This document shows, one piece after another, positions 1 through 9,736 of a stretch of 58,340 nucleotides of DNA; positions within the stretch are counted from its first letter, which is position 1, and every line of letters starts with the position of its first letter. The notes below the pieces were generated by a model, which was not told the DNA's origin, did no database searches, and was given only the letters and a program-made list of their open reading frames with translations. Source of the stretch: Patescibacteria group bacterium (GTDB taxonomy: Bacteria > Patescibacteriota > Patescibacteriia > SG8-24); contig JAYEJB010000071.1 in assembly GCA_034716415.1 (NCBI GenBank), forward strand, positions 1-58,340, read 5' to 3'. A program made the position numbers and the translations under genes.

Positions 1-60
1 AGCCTGTTTCTTGCGAGAAACAGGCTGCCTGTTTTTGCCCCAAACTGTGCATAAGACATC
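1..60. repeat. Family-A ~94-bp palindromic element, right two-thirds (truncated by window edge)
   Basis: Sequence ...TGTTTCTTGCGAGAAACAGGCTGCCTGTTTTTGCCCCAAACTGTGCATAAGACATC matches the copies at 13884, 30657 and 34985. Confidence 0.9.
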
Positions 61-135
61 TACCTGACTATATATAAAGGAAGGGGGGGTCTAGAAGCAC
101 AGAAGTATTTTCCTAAATTCCTATACTCCCCAACT

Positions 136-1116
136 TCAAAACCCCACGTACTCGATCTCTTCCGTCAACTGCACGACGCTGTGTGTCATGTCGCGGACCT
201 TCGACTTCACCGAGCCGATGAGCGCGATGACGTCGTTCGCTATCGCGTCCCCGTCGTTGATGAAGAAGTTGGCGTGCTTCTCGCTGATGCTGACCTTGCC
301 GACCTTCAACCCCTTCAACTGCGCTCGGTCGATGATCCAGCCGGCCGGTATGGTCCCGTTCAACGAAATCGGAATCTCCTCCTCCTTATTGAGATCGAGA
401 TCCTTACGCAACTCCTCAAGATCTTCCGACGCGCCCGGCTTCCAGTTCCTGAAGATGCTGCCCGCGGTCGGATATTCGATAGGCTGATTGTCCTTCTTCT
501 TCCGTAGCATCTCTTTCAGGCTATCACGTAACGCATCCGCGTCCTCGGCCTGCTCCAAAGACAGCACCACCGACAGGATGACCCATCCACCCTCCTTCTT
601 GAAGACGCTCTCGCGATAGCCGAACGCGCATTCCTCGCGCGTGAAATCTTTCGTCTCCCCGTTCTTGACCGCGCGCACGGTCTCGACCACTTCGGCGGTC
701 CCGCCGTCCCACATGCTGGCGTTGCCGCGGACCGCGCCGCCCAATGTCCCAGGTAACGCGATCGCCCATTCGAATCCCTTGAGTCCGGCCTCTGCGGTCT
801 GTAGCGCGACGAACGCCGACGGCGTGCCCGCTTCCACTTTCACTTTCGTTCCTTCGATCGTTATTCCTCGATTCGCCATCTTGATGATCAGTCCCGGATA
901 TCCCTCATCGGAAATCAGGACGTTCGAACCGCCGCCGAGGATGTAATACTCTACGCCGGATTCGCCCGCCGCCCGTACCGCGGACGCGGCCTCGTCACCT
1001 GATTTGGCGACAAAAAAATACTTGGCCGGACCACCGATGCGATACGTCGTGTGCTGCGCCAACGGTTCGTTCTCGCGCACCTCCGGTGAGATTTTACTGC
1101 GCAGTTCTTCGATCAT
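136..1116 (-). CDS. murB: UDP-N-acetylenolpyruvoylglucosamine reductase
   Basis: Motifs HTTYRIGGPA, LGGGSNVL, PGTLGGAVRGNA, FGYRES, AGSIFRN, SEKHANF; directly downstream of murC. Confidence 0.97.
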   Translation of the reverse strand: MIEELRSKISPEVRENEPLAQHTTYRIGGPAKYFFVAKSGDEAASAVRAAGESGVEYYILGGGSNVLISDEGYPGLIIKMANRGITIEGTKVKVEAGTPSAFVALQTAEAGLKGFEWAIALPGTLGGAVRGNASMWDGGTAEVVETVRAVKNGETKDFTREECAFGYRESVFKKEGGWVILSVVLSLEQAEDADALRDSLKEMLRKKKDNQPIEYPTAGSIFRNWKPGASEDLEELRKDLDLNKEEEIPISLNGTIPAGWIIDRAQLKGLKVGKVSISEKHANFFINDGDAIANDVIALIGSVKSKVRDMTHSVVQLTEEIEYVGF

Positions 1117-1126
1117 ATGGCCATGA

Positions 1127-2530
1127 TTATTCCTCCCGACCTACGAGCCTGTAGGCGATCTTATAGACGTCGCCGGCACCCATGACAAGCACGATATCTC
1201 CGGGACGCATTAAGTTTACCGTTTCTTCGTATGCCGCGTCTACACTTCCGGTGTCGGAGACATGCCTTTCGACCCCGCGCTCCTTGTCGCGTGCCGCCAC
1301 GGCGTCGCGTAGATCCCCGGAACTGACAGCTCCGTCTTCAGCCTTCTCGCGACCGGCGACATCGAATATCTCCGGGATGATGACGGTATCCGCCCCGTCC
1401 ATGGCGAGTACGAACCTGTTGAACAGCTTTTTCGTGCGGCTGTGGTGATGCGGCTGGAACACCAGGATGATCTGTCGGTCCGGATAGAACTCGCGCGCCG
1501 CCTGCAGGGTACTCGCGACTGCGGTCGGGTGATGTCCGTAATCGCTGATGATGAGCGCACCGTCATGTTCACCAATGACCTCGAACCGCCGCCAGATGCC
1601 GGTGTACGCATCGAGCGCTTTATGGATCGCGTCCTCCGAAGCACCTAATTCCGCCGCCGCCGTTATCGCCGCGGCCGCGTTGTGGACATTGAACCGTCCG
1701 GGTACGCGCAGAGTGAACCGACATGACCGCTCGCCGCGACAATCCATCTCGAACTCCTGCCGCCCGTTCTCGCAGATGATCGCGGTCACCTTGTAGTCAG
1801 CATCGTTCTCCGATCCGTATGTCACCTTCTTCCCGTCGGTCCGCAGTTCGTCGGCACAGGCCGAGTCGTCGGCGTTCAGCACGACCGATCCACCCTTGCC
1901 CACCTGCCCAAGAAATTCCTGGAACGTCTCCACTATGTGCTTACGATCACGATAGAAATCGAGATGCTCTTCCTCGATGTTCGTGATGACCGCCATGAAC
2001 GGATGGAACTTGAGCATGTTGGCGTGGTGCTCGCAGGCTTCAACGACCAGGAGATCGCTCTGTCCCAATCTTAGGTTACCGTCCGGAAACGACGGCACCT
2101 TCGAACCGACAATGACGGTCGGATCCATGCCGGCTTCAATAAGCATCATCCCGAGCATGGCGGTCGTGGTGCTCTTGCCGTTCGTGCCGCTGACCGCGAT
2201 CGTCCGCTTGTCCTTGGAGTATTCACCGAGGAACTCGAAATAGGTCAGATTACGGACACCGCGCTTCCTGATCTCGACCAACTCCGGATTATCGTCCGGT
2301 ACCGCGTCCGTGCGCACGACCAGATCGATACCCTCCGGTACGTTCGCCACATCATGTCCGATACGCACCTCGGCGCCCATGTTCACGAGATTCTCGATCA
2401 TGTCTCCGGTCGCGATATCCGAACCGCTGACTTCGATACCACTCTTCAATAACAACTTGGCCACAGCCGATATACCGATACCGCCGATACCGATGATGTG
2501 AGCTTTTTTCGTTTTCTCGACTATTCCCAT
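1127..2530 (-). CDS. murC: UDP-N-acetylmuramate--L-alanine ligase
   Basis: Motifs HIIGIGGIGISA, GSD, AVSGTNGKSTTT, VEACE, TNIEEEHLD, GIWRRFE, DYGHHPT, FQPH, MGAGD. Confidence 0.96.
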   Translation of the reverse strand: MGIVEKTKKAHIIGIGGIGISAVAKLLLKSGIEVSGSDIATGDMIENLVNMGAEVRIGHDVANVPEGIDLVVRTDAVPDDNPELVEIRKRGVRNLTYFEFLGEYSKDKRTIAVSGTNGKSTTTAMLGMMLIEAGMDPTVIVGSKVPSFPDGNLRLGQSDLLVVEACEHHANMLKFHPFMAVITNIEEEHLDFYRDRKHIVETFQEFLGQVGKGGSVVLNADDSACADELRTDGKKVTYGSENDADYKVTAIICENGRQEFEMDCRGERSCRFTLRVPGRFNVHNAAAAITAAAELGASEDAIHKALDAYTGIWRRFEVIGEHDGALIISDYGHHPTAVASTLQAAREFYPDRQIILVFQPHHHSRTKKLFNRFVLAMDGADTVIIPEIFDVAGREKAEDGAVSSGDLRDAVAARDKERGVERHVSDTGSVDAAYEETVNLMRPGDIVLVMGAGDVYKIAYRLVGREE

Positions 2531-2618
2531 ACGCGCATAATATACATCATTATTCGAAACCCTGAAAGATAAAAAATAAGGGATTTGTAATCCCTCATTG
2601 ATGAGACCGATACGGACA

Positions 2619-3716
2619 CTAGTCCTTCTTCACCGTTTCGGGCGGGAAGAAGATGTTCTTGACCAGCGCGCGACGATCACCGTAGATCGGTCCGAGCACG
2701 GCTGTCTTCAACAGCCAACGCCGCTTCTCGTCGGTGACAGCCAGGTCGATGCGCTTCACGTCACCATCACAGACATACTTTGGAATCGCGCCGCAATCCG
2801 GGAAAAGTTCCATCAACCGATCGCCGGGAGTGACTCCGCTACCGCGGAGCCCGGGTGTCAAGTCGATGAATGACTTCTCAAACACGACGTGTCCCACGCC
2901 CCGACTGACTCTGGCCCTGGCATAGGTGATGGTGGTCATGTCGAGCACGGCCCGCCGATAGGCCCCAATGAACCTTACGACAGCTACCTCTGGCGCATGC
3001 ATGCAGAACTCGGCCAACTGACCGAACTGCGTCGTCGTCAGCAGACAGGCACGGTGCTTGTAGTTCCCGGGGTCGGTGAAGATCCTCTCCGGGAACCTCT
3101 CGGACTCGGCCGCCTTCTTCCAGAAGCTGTCCATGACACCTTCGGAAAGCTTGGTCGCGAACAGGATGCCTCGCAACACGCGGGTCGAAATCTTAGGCAT
3201 GACGCCTTCGATCCCGTTGCCCATGTCCTCGAACCATTCGACAAACATTCCGGCACAGCCGGACGCGGTCCGGTTCAGGGCGCGAGCGAAATGTGCCACA
3301 TCCTTGCCGCGCACACTCTCAATATGATCACGTACGGACCACAACGCACAGGCTGTCAGGATGACCGAGCGGACCTCTCGCGGTACGCCGTAGAGCATCC
3401 TCGGATCGGGCACACCCTCATCTGTCGGATACGCGTGCCGCTCCTCGGACTCCCAGCCATCAGGCCGCTTATCCAACGGAACATACTCACGCGTCAGGCA
3501 ACTGCACAGTATGCGTGACCCATACCTGTATCCGAGGTTCCGGCGTTCCATGATTAGCGCGCAGAATGCCTGAACCGCACCGAAAGCATCCTCGTAAACC
3601 TCGTCGAACTTTTCCTGGTCCCACTTGTCTCGAATCGTGCGAACTCCTGCCCGGATCGCATTGGTCAGCTTGAGCTTCAGCTCATAATCTTGCTGATCCT
3701 CAAATCGATCTGACAT
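2619..3716 (-). CDS. Hypothetical protein (~365 aa)
   Basis: Long ORF; start chosen at MSDRF after GGAGGAGAGAGGA; no family recognised. Confidence 0.75.
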   Translation of the reverse strand: MSDRFEDQQDYELKLKLTNAIRAGVRTIRDKWDQEKFDEVYEDAFGAVQAFCALIMERRNLGYRYGSRILCSCLTREYVPLDKRPDGWESEERHAYPTDEGVPDPRMLYGVPREVRSVILTACALWSVRDHIESVRGKDVAHFARALNRTASGCAGMFVEWFEDMGNGIEGVMPKISTRVLRGILFATKLSEGVMDSFWKKAAESERFPERIFTDPGNYKHRACLLTTTQFGQLAEFCMHAPEVAVVRFIGAYRRAVLDMTTITYARARVSRGVGHVVFEKSFIDLTPGLRGSGVTPGDRLMELFPDCGAIPKYVCDGDVKRIDLAVTDEKRRWLLKTAVLGPIYGDRRALVKNIFFPPETVKKD

Positions 3717-3860
3717 TCTCCTCTCCTCCTCCGTGTTTTCCCCCAAAACGTGAAATGAACGATAGATTGACATTATGCACATTCAGCGGATATGGCAAGG
3801 GTCGAGGACGACCATTGCTTGCCGAGAGGCAATATGTTATTCTGCCCTTTCAGAAGGCTT

Positions 3861-5576
3861 ATGTCAAGCATCAAGACGAAAACCGAAATCGCCGAAGTCA
3901 TGGTCAGAGAGGCCATAGCGCGCCACGTCACCGAGAGAGACGTTTTTTTTCGTGTGGTGCAGGATGTCGCGAGGAGTCATTGCGTACAGATGCCGCCCGT
4001 ACGGAAACTCCTGGCCGCATACCGCGCCGTCATCCGCGAGAATCCGAAGCTGGCCGACACGGCGATCGAAACGTTCCTGACCAAATCGAGGGTGCGATCG
4101 CTATCCGGCGTCGCGGTGGTGACAGTGCTGACCAAGCCGTATCCCTGTCCGGGCAAGTGCGTCTATTGCCCGGACGACCGCTCGATGCCGAAGAGCTACT
4201 TACCGAACGAACCGGCCGCGATGCGCGCTGCCGCGCACAAGTTCGATCCGTTCGGGCAGGTGACACAACGCTTGCGGGCCTTGACCGCAAACGGCCACCC
4301 GGCCGACAAGATAGAACTGATCGTGAAAGGCGGTACTTGGTCGGCTTACCCTCGGAAGTATCAACAGGAATTCATCAAAGACTGTTTCGATGCCTGCAAT
4401 TCGTTCGGTGGACGGAAATCGACATCAGACGATCTGGCAGGCGCGCATAAGAAGAATGAAAGCGCGCGATATCGCGTCATCGGACTGACGCTCGAGACAC
4501 GTCCCGACCGCATCACACCGCAAGAGATAGTCCAATTACGGGAACTCGGCTGCACACGCATCGAGATGGGCGTGCAGTCGGTCGATGACGCCATCCTCAA
4601 GACGTGCCGTAGGGGGCACGACAGCGCCGCCGTGGTGAAAGCGACGCGACTCCTGAAGGACGCCGGTTACAAATGCGACTACCACATGATGCCGCAGCTA
4701 CCCGGCGCGTCGCCGAAATCCGACGAACGACAACTGAAGCGCATCTTCGAAGACCCTGATTATCGTCCGGACATGCTCAAGATCTACCCGTGCACGGTGC
4801 TGAAAAAATCACCGCTACACCGCTGGTGGAAGGACGGACGCTACAAGCCATATCCCAATTCACGACTCAAAGAGGTCATCATCGCCGCCAAACAGGCCGT
4901 ACCGCGCTACTGCCGTATCAGCCGTATCATCCGTGACATTCCGTCGGATTCCATCTGCGCCGGAAATCCGGTGACAAGCCTGCGGCAGGTGATACAACGA
5001 GAGATGAAAGAACGTGGTCTGTCCTGTGACTGCCTGCGTTGCCGGGAGATCGGCCGCAAACTTCAAGAAAATCCTAACCTCGCTCACTCCCCCACTCTGA
5101 CATTTGACGACACTTATGAAGCTTCGGGTGGCGAAGAGCACTTCTTGAGTATTGAAGACCCGGGTAGGCAGGCTGTTTTTGCCTTCTGTCGATTAAGATT
5201 GCCGGCAACTGTTTCATGCCTCGAACAATCAACGACGGCTTCACTCACTCCCCCATCCCCGGTTACGGGGCAAAACGCGGGAAAACGGGGCAAAACGGGA
5301 CAAGACGAACTTAACGTGAACCACCCCTCCCCATCCACGGCCTTTCTCCGCGAACTCCACACTTACGGTCATCTCGTGCCGATCGACAAAAAGAATCCCG
5401 ACGCCGCTCAGCACAAAGGTTACGGCAAACGATTGATGGCTGAAGCCGAACGCATCACCCACAAAGCCGGCTTCCGCAAGATGGCGGTCATCAGCGGTAT
5501 CGGTGTGCGTGCCTACTACCGTAAACTCGGTTATCGGTTGCGGGATACGTATATGGTTAAAACGCTACGGGAGTAA
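3861..5576 (+). CDS. elp3: Elp3-family radical SAM/GNAT tRNA wobble-uridine modification enzyme
   Basis: Motifs SLSGVAVV, CPGKCVYCP, GGTW, TLETRPD, EMGVQS, HMMPQLPG, KIYPC, CDCLRCRE, RELHTYG, QHKGYG, ISGIGVRAYYRKLGY. Confidence 0.95.
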   Translation: MSSIKTKTEIAEVMVREAIARHVTERDVFFRVVQDVARSHCVQMPPVRKLLAAYRAVIRENPKLADTAIETFLTKSRVRSLSGVAVVTVLTKPYPCPGKCVYCPDDRSMPKSYLPNEPAAMRAAAHKFDPFGQVTQRLRALTANGHPADKIELIVKGGTWSAYPRKYQQEFIKDCFDACNSFGGRKSTSDDLAGAHKKNESARYRVIGLTLETRPDRITPQEIVQLRELGCTRIEMGVQSVDDAILKTCRRGHDSAAVVKATRLLKDAGYKCDYHMMPQLPGASPKSDERQLKRIFEDPDYRPDMLKIYPCTVLKKSPLHRWWKDGRYKPYPNSRLKEVIIAAKQAVPRYCRISRIIRDIPSDSICAGNPVTSLRQVIQREMKERGLSCDCLRCREIGRKLQENPNLAHSPTLTFDDTYEASGGEEHFLSIEDPGRQAVFAFCRLRLPATVSCLEQSTTASLTPPSPVTGQNAGKRGKTGQDELNVNHPSPSTAFLRELHTYGHLVPIDKKNPDAAQHKGYGKRLMAEAERITHKAGFRKMAVISGIGVRAYYRKLGYRLRDTYMVKTLRE

Positions 5577-5703
5577 CGGAGAATGGTGACGGGGCAAGAT
5601 GGGGCAAACGTGGAAAAACGGATTAAGATAATTCCGTCCTGCCCCGTTTGCCCCAACACCCCTCGACTGCTAGCGTGAAAACGAGTCCCAAAGGAGGGCC
5701 GGT

Positions 5704-5988
5704 GTGGCGTATTACGTCATAAACGAAACGACCCTCCCGCTGAGGGTCATAGCATGGCGGGTTAAAGGCGAACCCGCCATTAAGCTCTTACTGGCAGTCA
5801 CGACCAACAAGGCCCCATACGCGATGATCGATATCACGCTCCGGAAGAACGTGCATCAAAAAGCACGCCTCCCTGGCATCCACAAAATGGTCAAGGTCGA
5901 TGTCGTAAACAGGGCCAGGGTGACGACCAAGCTGGTCACAAACAAGAAAGGAGTCAGGTTCCTGTACATCAAAAGCATCCTCAACTAG
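5704..5988 (+). CDS. Hypothetical protein (94 aa, basic, beta-rich)
   Basis: GTG start after AAAGGAGG; co-oriented with the next small ORF. Confidence 0.6.
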   Translation: MAYYVINETTLPLRVIAWRVKGEPAIKLLLAVTTNKAPYAMIDITLRKNVHQKARLPGIHKMVKVDVVNRARVTTKLVTNKKGVRFLYIKSILN

Positions 5989-6002
5989 AAAGGAAGTGAC
6001 CT

Positions 6003-6302
6003 ATGGCGTTCCTATACGTCAAGAACGATACGGGACAGCCGGTCAGGGTCACCGTCCTGCAGGACAGAATGAGACCCGGATCGATGCCGCTGATACTGTC
6101 GTCCGTGCCGGTCGAGCCCAACGAGAACGAGCGCATCGTCTTCGAGTGCGTGGTCTCGACTCCGGCCTACCCCAAAGTCATGATCCCGATATCGCTTACC
6201 GCCGTGGGGTTCGATGTGAAGAACACGGTTGGGGCAAGCTATAGACAGGGGTCGGACAACAACAATAACCAGTATCTGGTGATTGTCGGGTTCTTCTCCT
6301 GA
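6003..6302 (+). CDS. Hypothetical protein (99 aa, beta-sandwich-like pattern)
   Basis: ATG after AAGGAAG; N-terminus [12 protein letters not shown] resembles YVINETTLPLRV of the upstream ORF. Confidence 0.65.
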   Translation: MAFLYVKNDTGQPVRVTVLQDRMRPGSMPLILSSVPVEPNENERIVFECVVSTPAYPKVMIPISLTAVGFDVKNTVGASYRQGSDNNNNQYLVIVGFFS

Positions 6303-6363
6303 AGTCCGCATGTGTATCGCGGGCTTTTTTCATCTATGTATCCGTGCTAAAATCGCCTTATCT

Positions 6364-7638
6364 ATGATGAAACATCTCAAACAATCCGATCCCGAGGTGG
6401 CGTCGTCCATCGAAGCCGAACTCGCGCGCCAGCGCAGCGGCCTGGAGATGATCGCCTCGGAGAACATCGTCTCCGTCCCAGTGCTCGAGGCTTTGGGCTC
6501 GGTGCTCACCAATAAGTACTCGGAGGGCTATCCGGGCAAGCGTTACTACGGCGGCAACGAGTTCATCGACGTCGTGGAGACGCTCGCCATCGAGCGCGCC
6601 AAGAAGCTGTATGGTGCGGAGCACGCCAACGTCCAGCCGCACTGCGGATCGCAGGCCAACATGGCGGCGTATTTCGCGCTCGCTAACCCCGGCGACGGAA
6701 TCATGGCGCTCGACCTCGCGCACGGCGGACATCTGACGCACGGCAGTAAGGTCAACTTCAGCGGGAAACTGTATCGCATCATCCCCTACGGCGTGAACCG
6801 CGAGACCGAGGCGCTGGACATGGATGAGGTACGAGAGATCGCACTCCGGGAAAAACCGAGAGTGATCGTCGCCGGTTACACCGCCTATCCGCGGGAGATC
6901 GATTTCGAGACGTTCGGAAAGATCGCTCGCGAAGCAGGCGCGTATCTCATGGTGGACATGGCGCACATCGCCGGACTGGTCGCCGCGGGGATGCATCCCG
7001 ATCCGGTTCCGCATGCCGACGTGATCACGACCACGACGCACAAGACATTGCGCGGACCCAGAGGCGGGATGATCCTTTGCCGCACGGAGGACCGGCTGCG
7101 TCCGGACAGCAAGAAGAACCTGGCGCGACGCGTCGATTCGGCGGTGTTCCCGGGTACGCAGGGCGGACCGCTCGAACACGTCATCGCGGCCAAGGCGGTG
7201 TCGTTCAACGAAGCGATGCGGTCGGACTTCAAGGAATATCAGAAGCAGGTCGTCGCGAACGCCCAGGCGCTTTCCGCGGCGTTGACCGAAGAAGGACTGC
7301 GCATCGTGAGCGGCGGGACCGACAACCATCTGGTGCTCGTCGACCTGACGCCGTTCGGGGTATTCGGCAGGGATGCCGAGACAATCCTCGACACGGTGGG
7401 CATCCACACCAACAAGAACATGATTCCGTTCGACGAGAGAAAGCCGGCTGATCCTTCAGGTTTGCGGCTCGGCACGCCGGCCCTGACGACGCGCGGCATG
7501 AAGGAAGAAAACATGAATACGGTCGCCACGCTCATTGCCGGAGTGCTGAAAGACGAATCGGAGGAGAATCGCGACACCATCGAAAAACGCGTGCGTGAAC
7601 TCGCGGCAGAACACCCCATCTATCCTGAACTCGTTTAG
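6364..7638 (+). CDS. glyA: Serine hydroxymethyltransferase
   Basis: Motifs [59 protein letters not shown]. Confidence 0.98.
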   Translation: MMKHLKQSDPEVASSIEAELARQRSGLEMIASENIVSVPVLEALGSVLTNKYSEGYPGKRYYGGNEFIDVVETLAIERAKKLYGAEHANVQPHCGSQANMAAYFALANPGDGIMALDLAHGGHLTHGSKVNFSGKLYRIIPYGVNRETEALDMDEVREIALREKPRVIVAGYTAYPREIDFETFGKIAREAGAYLMVDMAHIAGLVAAGMHPDPVPHADVITTTTHKTLRGPRGGMILCRTEDRLRPDSKKNLARRVDSAVFPGTQGGPLEHVIAAKAVSFNEAMRSDFKEYQKQVVANAQALSAALTEEGLRIVSGGTDNHLVLVDLTPFGVFGRDAETILDTVGIHTNKNMIPFDERKPADPSGLRLGTPALTTRGMKEENMNTVATLIAGVLKDESEENRDTIEKRVRELAAEHPIYPELV

Positions 7639-8478
7639 ATGCCGGAGACTAACATCATCGACGGCCGCAAGGTCGCCGGGAGGATCGAGAAAGAAACGCG
7701 GCGCGAGATCGCCGCGCTCGGTTTCGAGCCCGGTCTCGGCGTTATCCTGGTCGGTGACGACCCGGCTTCGCACCTGTACGTGAAGCTGAAACAGAAAGCG
7801 TGCGAACGCGTCGGTATCCGATTCGAGCTGTCGCCCTTCGCTGCCGACGCGACCGAAGAAAACATCCTCGATAATATCCGGAACCTGAACAAGCGCGACG
7901 ACATCCACGCGATCCTGGTGCAACTTCCTCTTCCGAAAAATATGGACACCGACCGCGTCATCCGCGCCATGGATCCGGCGAAAGACGTCGACGGTTTTCA
8001 TCCGGACAACATCAAGAGATTGGACGATACCGACGGCGATGGTTTCCCGGGACTGACCGAGGGTGTCATCGACCTTATCCACGAGACCGGCGTGGACCTG
8101 AACATGAAGCGCGTGGTCATTGCGGCCAACAGCCCGACCTTTGTCTTGCCATTAGAGATGCGTCTACGCCAACTCCAGGCACTGCCGAAATTCGTGCACG
8201 GCGACGCGCCCGACATCACCTCGCAGTTCCACGACGCGGACATCATCATCACCGCACTCGGCCGACCAGGCCTCGTGACCGAAGACGACATCAAGGAAGG
8301 AGCGATTCTGATAGACGTCGGCACCACGAAAGTCGGCAAGAAGACCATCGGTGACGTCGATACTGAGTCGGTGAGGGGGAAAGCTTCGTGGCTGACACCA
8401 GTACCCGGCGGCGTCGGACCCGTGACCGTCGCCATGTTACTGAAGAACGTTGTAAGACTATCAAAAGACCGCGCTTAG
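7639..8478 (+). CDS. folD: Methylenetetrahydrofolate dehydrogenase/cyclohydrolase
   Basis: Motifs IIDGRKVA, VGDDPASHLYV, ILVQLPLP, KDVDGFHP, IDVG, TPVPGGVGPVT; abuts glyA. Confidence 0.96.
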   Translation: MPETNIIDGRKVAGRIEKETRREIAALGFEPGLGVILVGDDPASHLYVKLKQKACERVGIRFELSPFAADATEENILDNIRNLNKRDDIHAILVQLPLPKNMDTDRVIRAMDPAKDVDGFHPDNIKRLDDTDGDGFPGLTEGVIDLIHETGVDLNMKRVVIAANSPTFVLPLEMRLRQLQALPKFVHGDAPDITSQFHDADIIITALGRPGLVTEDDIKEGAILIDVGTTKVGKKTIGDVDTESVRGKASWLTPVPGGVGPVTVAMLLKNVVRLSKDRA

Positions 8479-8488
8479 GCGCGGTCTT
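8468..8488. terminator. Hairpin at end of folD, between convergent genes
   Basis: GACCGCGC-TTAG-GCGCGGTC inverted repeat followed by TTT. Confidence 0.55.
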
Positions 8489-8543
8489 TAGGAAAATTTT
8501 TTTCTTCCCCACCGCCGAATGGTGAAGGATGTGAGAACAGAGG

Positions 8544-9593
8544 TTAGTTCAACTTCTCCTTCACAAGCCAATGAAAAAAATCTTTCCATCTGTCCAGCAG
8601 AGCTTGTTTCTCGTCGACTTCTCCCTCTTTCCATTCACTTGCGCCCAAATCGAGCATGATGGTCATCATCGCTCTTTCAAGAAGCATGAGCCAAAATACC
8701 TTTTCTGCAGTGACTCTCTTCGGCCATATGTCTGTCCATGCATCCACACGATTCAGGAAATCCTCAAATGAAAGAAACGCGTCACGAATATGCATGACAT
8801 CAACCCAGATCGGAAAAACCATTTCGTAATACTTCGGTCTCCATGACCAATATAAGTTGGCCATGACGATAAATTGTCCGTTTCGCACGTCATGCTTCAC
8901 ATCGAGGCCGGATAAATGCCCATGAGTGAATCGCATTTCAATATCACTGTCATCTTGGCGCATCGTCGAGAGGTAGGTATCGATAAACGGTCGCAGTTCG
9001 TCTTCGTCTATATGTTTGTGCGAGCTTTTTTTCGCGATCTCATAAAAATGATCGAATCCCTCGAATATCTTTTCCTTTATTGAAACTGAGGGTTTTGGTA
9101 TCCAGGCGTTTTGGATGGGTAATGCAGACTCAATAAACGCTTCCAGAAATTGAGCATGCAGTTCTCTATCGTCTTTTGTGGTTGGGACAGTTGCCCAGAG
9201 GGCAGGAACGCGCGAAATATCTTCAAATAACAGATAACCGAAACCCCAATCCTCTTCCCATACCCTGTCGTGCAATATTCGTACTGGACGAATCCTGTCT
9301 GTCCGCAAACTCTTCTCCACATTACGGATGATAAAACCCTCGTCGAACGGTAGTGGACGTAATTGCAGCTTGAGAACGGCTGTCTCACCTTCCATATTCT
9401 TGACTCGTGTAATGAAACTTCCGACTTTCCTTGAATCGTAGTAGACGCCCTGAAAAAGAGTCGATTCATCTACCGGAACAAAACCGTGCTTATCCTTAAC
9501 ATAAGTGAGTGCTTTTTCAATTAGGGATTGGGCGTCATCGGCGCCTTCAATATTTGCCGTTATACGATTTCCGAATTCATGTTCATCGGCCAT
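8544..9593 (-). CDS. APH/choline-kinase-like fold protein with degenerate catalytic loop, low GC
   Basis: AVLKL (lysine motif), GYLLFEDI (hinge-like), FTHGHLSGLD in place of HGDLxxxN; visibly more AT-rich than the flanks. Confidence 0.6.
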   Translation of the reverse strand: MADEHEFGNRITANIEGADDAQSLIEKALTYVKDKHGFVPVDESTLFQGVYYDSRKVGSFITRVKNMEGETAVLKLQLRPLPFDEGFIIRNVEKSLRTDRIRPVRILHDRVWEEDWGFGYLLFEDISRVPALWATVPTTKDDRELHAQFLEAFIESALPIQNAWIPKPSVSIKEKIFEGFDHFYEIAKKSSHKHIDEDELRPFIDTYLSTMRQDDSDIEMRFTHGHLSGLDVKHDVRNGQFIVMANLYWSWRPKYYEMVFPIWVDVMHIRDAFLSFEDFLNRVDAWTDIWPKRVTAEKVFWLMLLERAMMTIMLDLGASEWKEGEVDEKQALLDRWKDFFHWLVKEKLN

Positions 9594-9736
9594 ATAATCG
9601 AATTATCTACAACTAACGCTTATAGCCTACCAGCCTTGACTCACAAAATGAATGCATCGGTAGACACCTGAACAGAGGGGGACGTAAAAAAATCACGCTG
9701 CACGCGACCTTCAATATTAATGCTTCCCGCCTCCCG

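Noticed and set aside
6358-7407. 349-aa ORF antisense to glyA, and similar long ORFs opposite clp (22770-23867), uvrA, uvrB and GH1
   Set aside because: Typical shadow ORFs on the reverse of GC3-rich conserved genes; no motifs.
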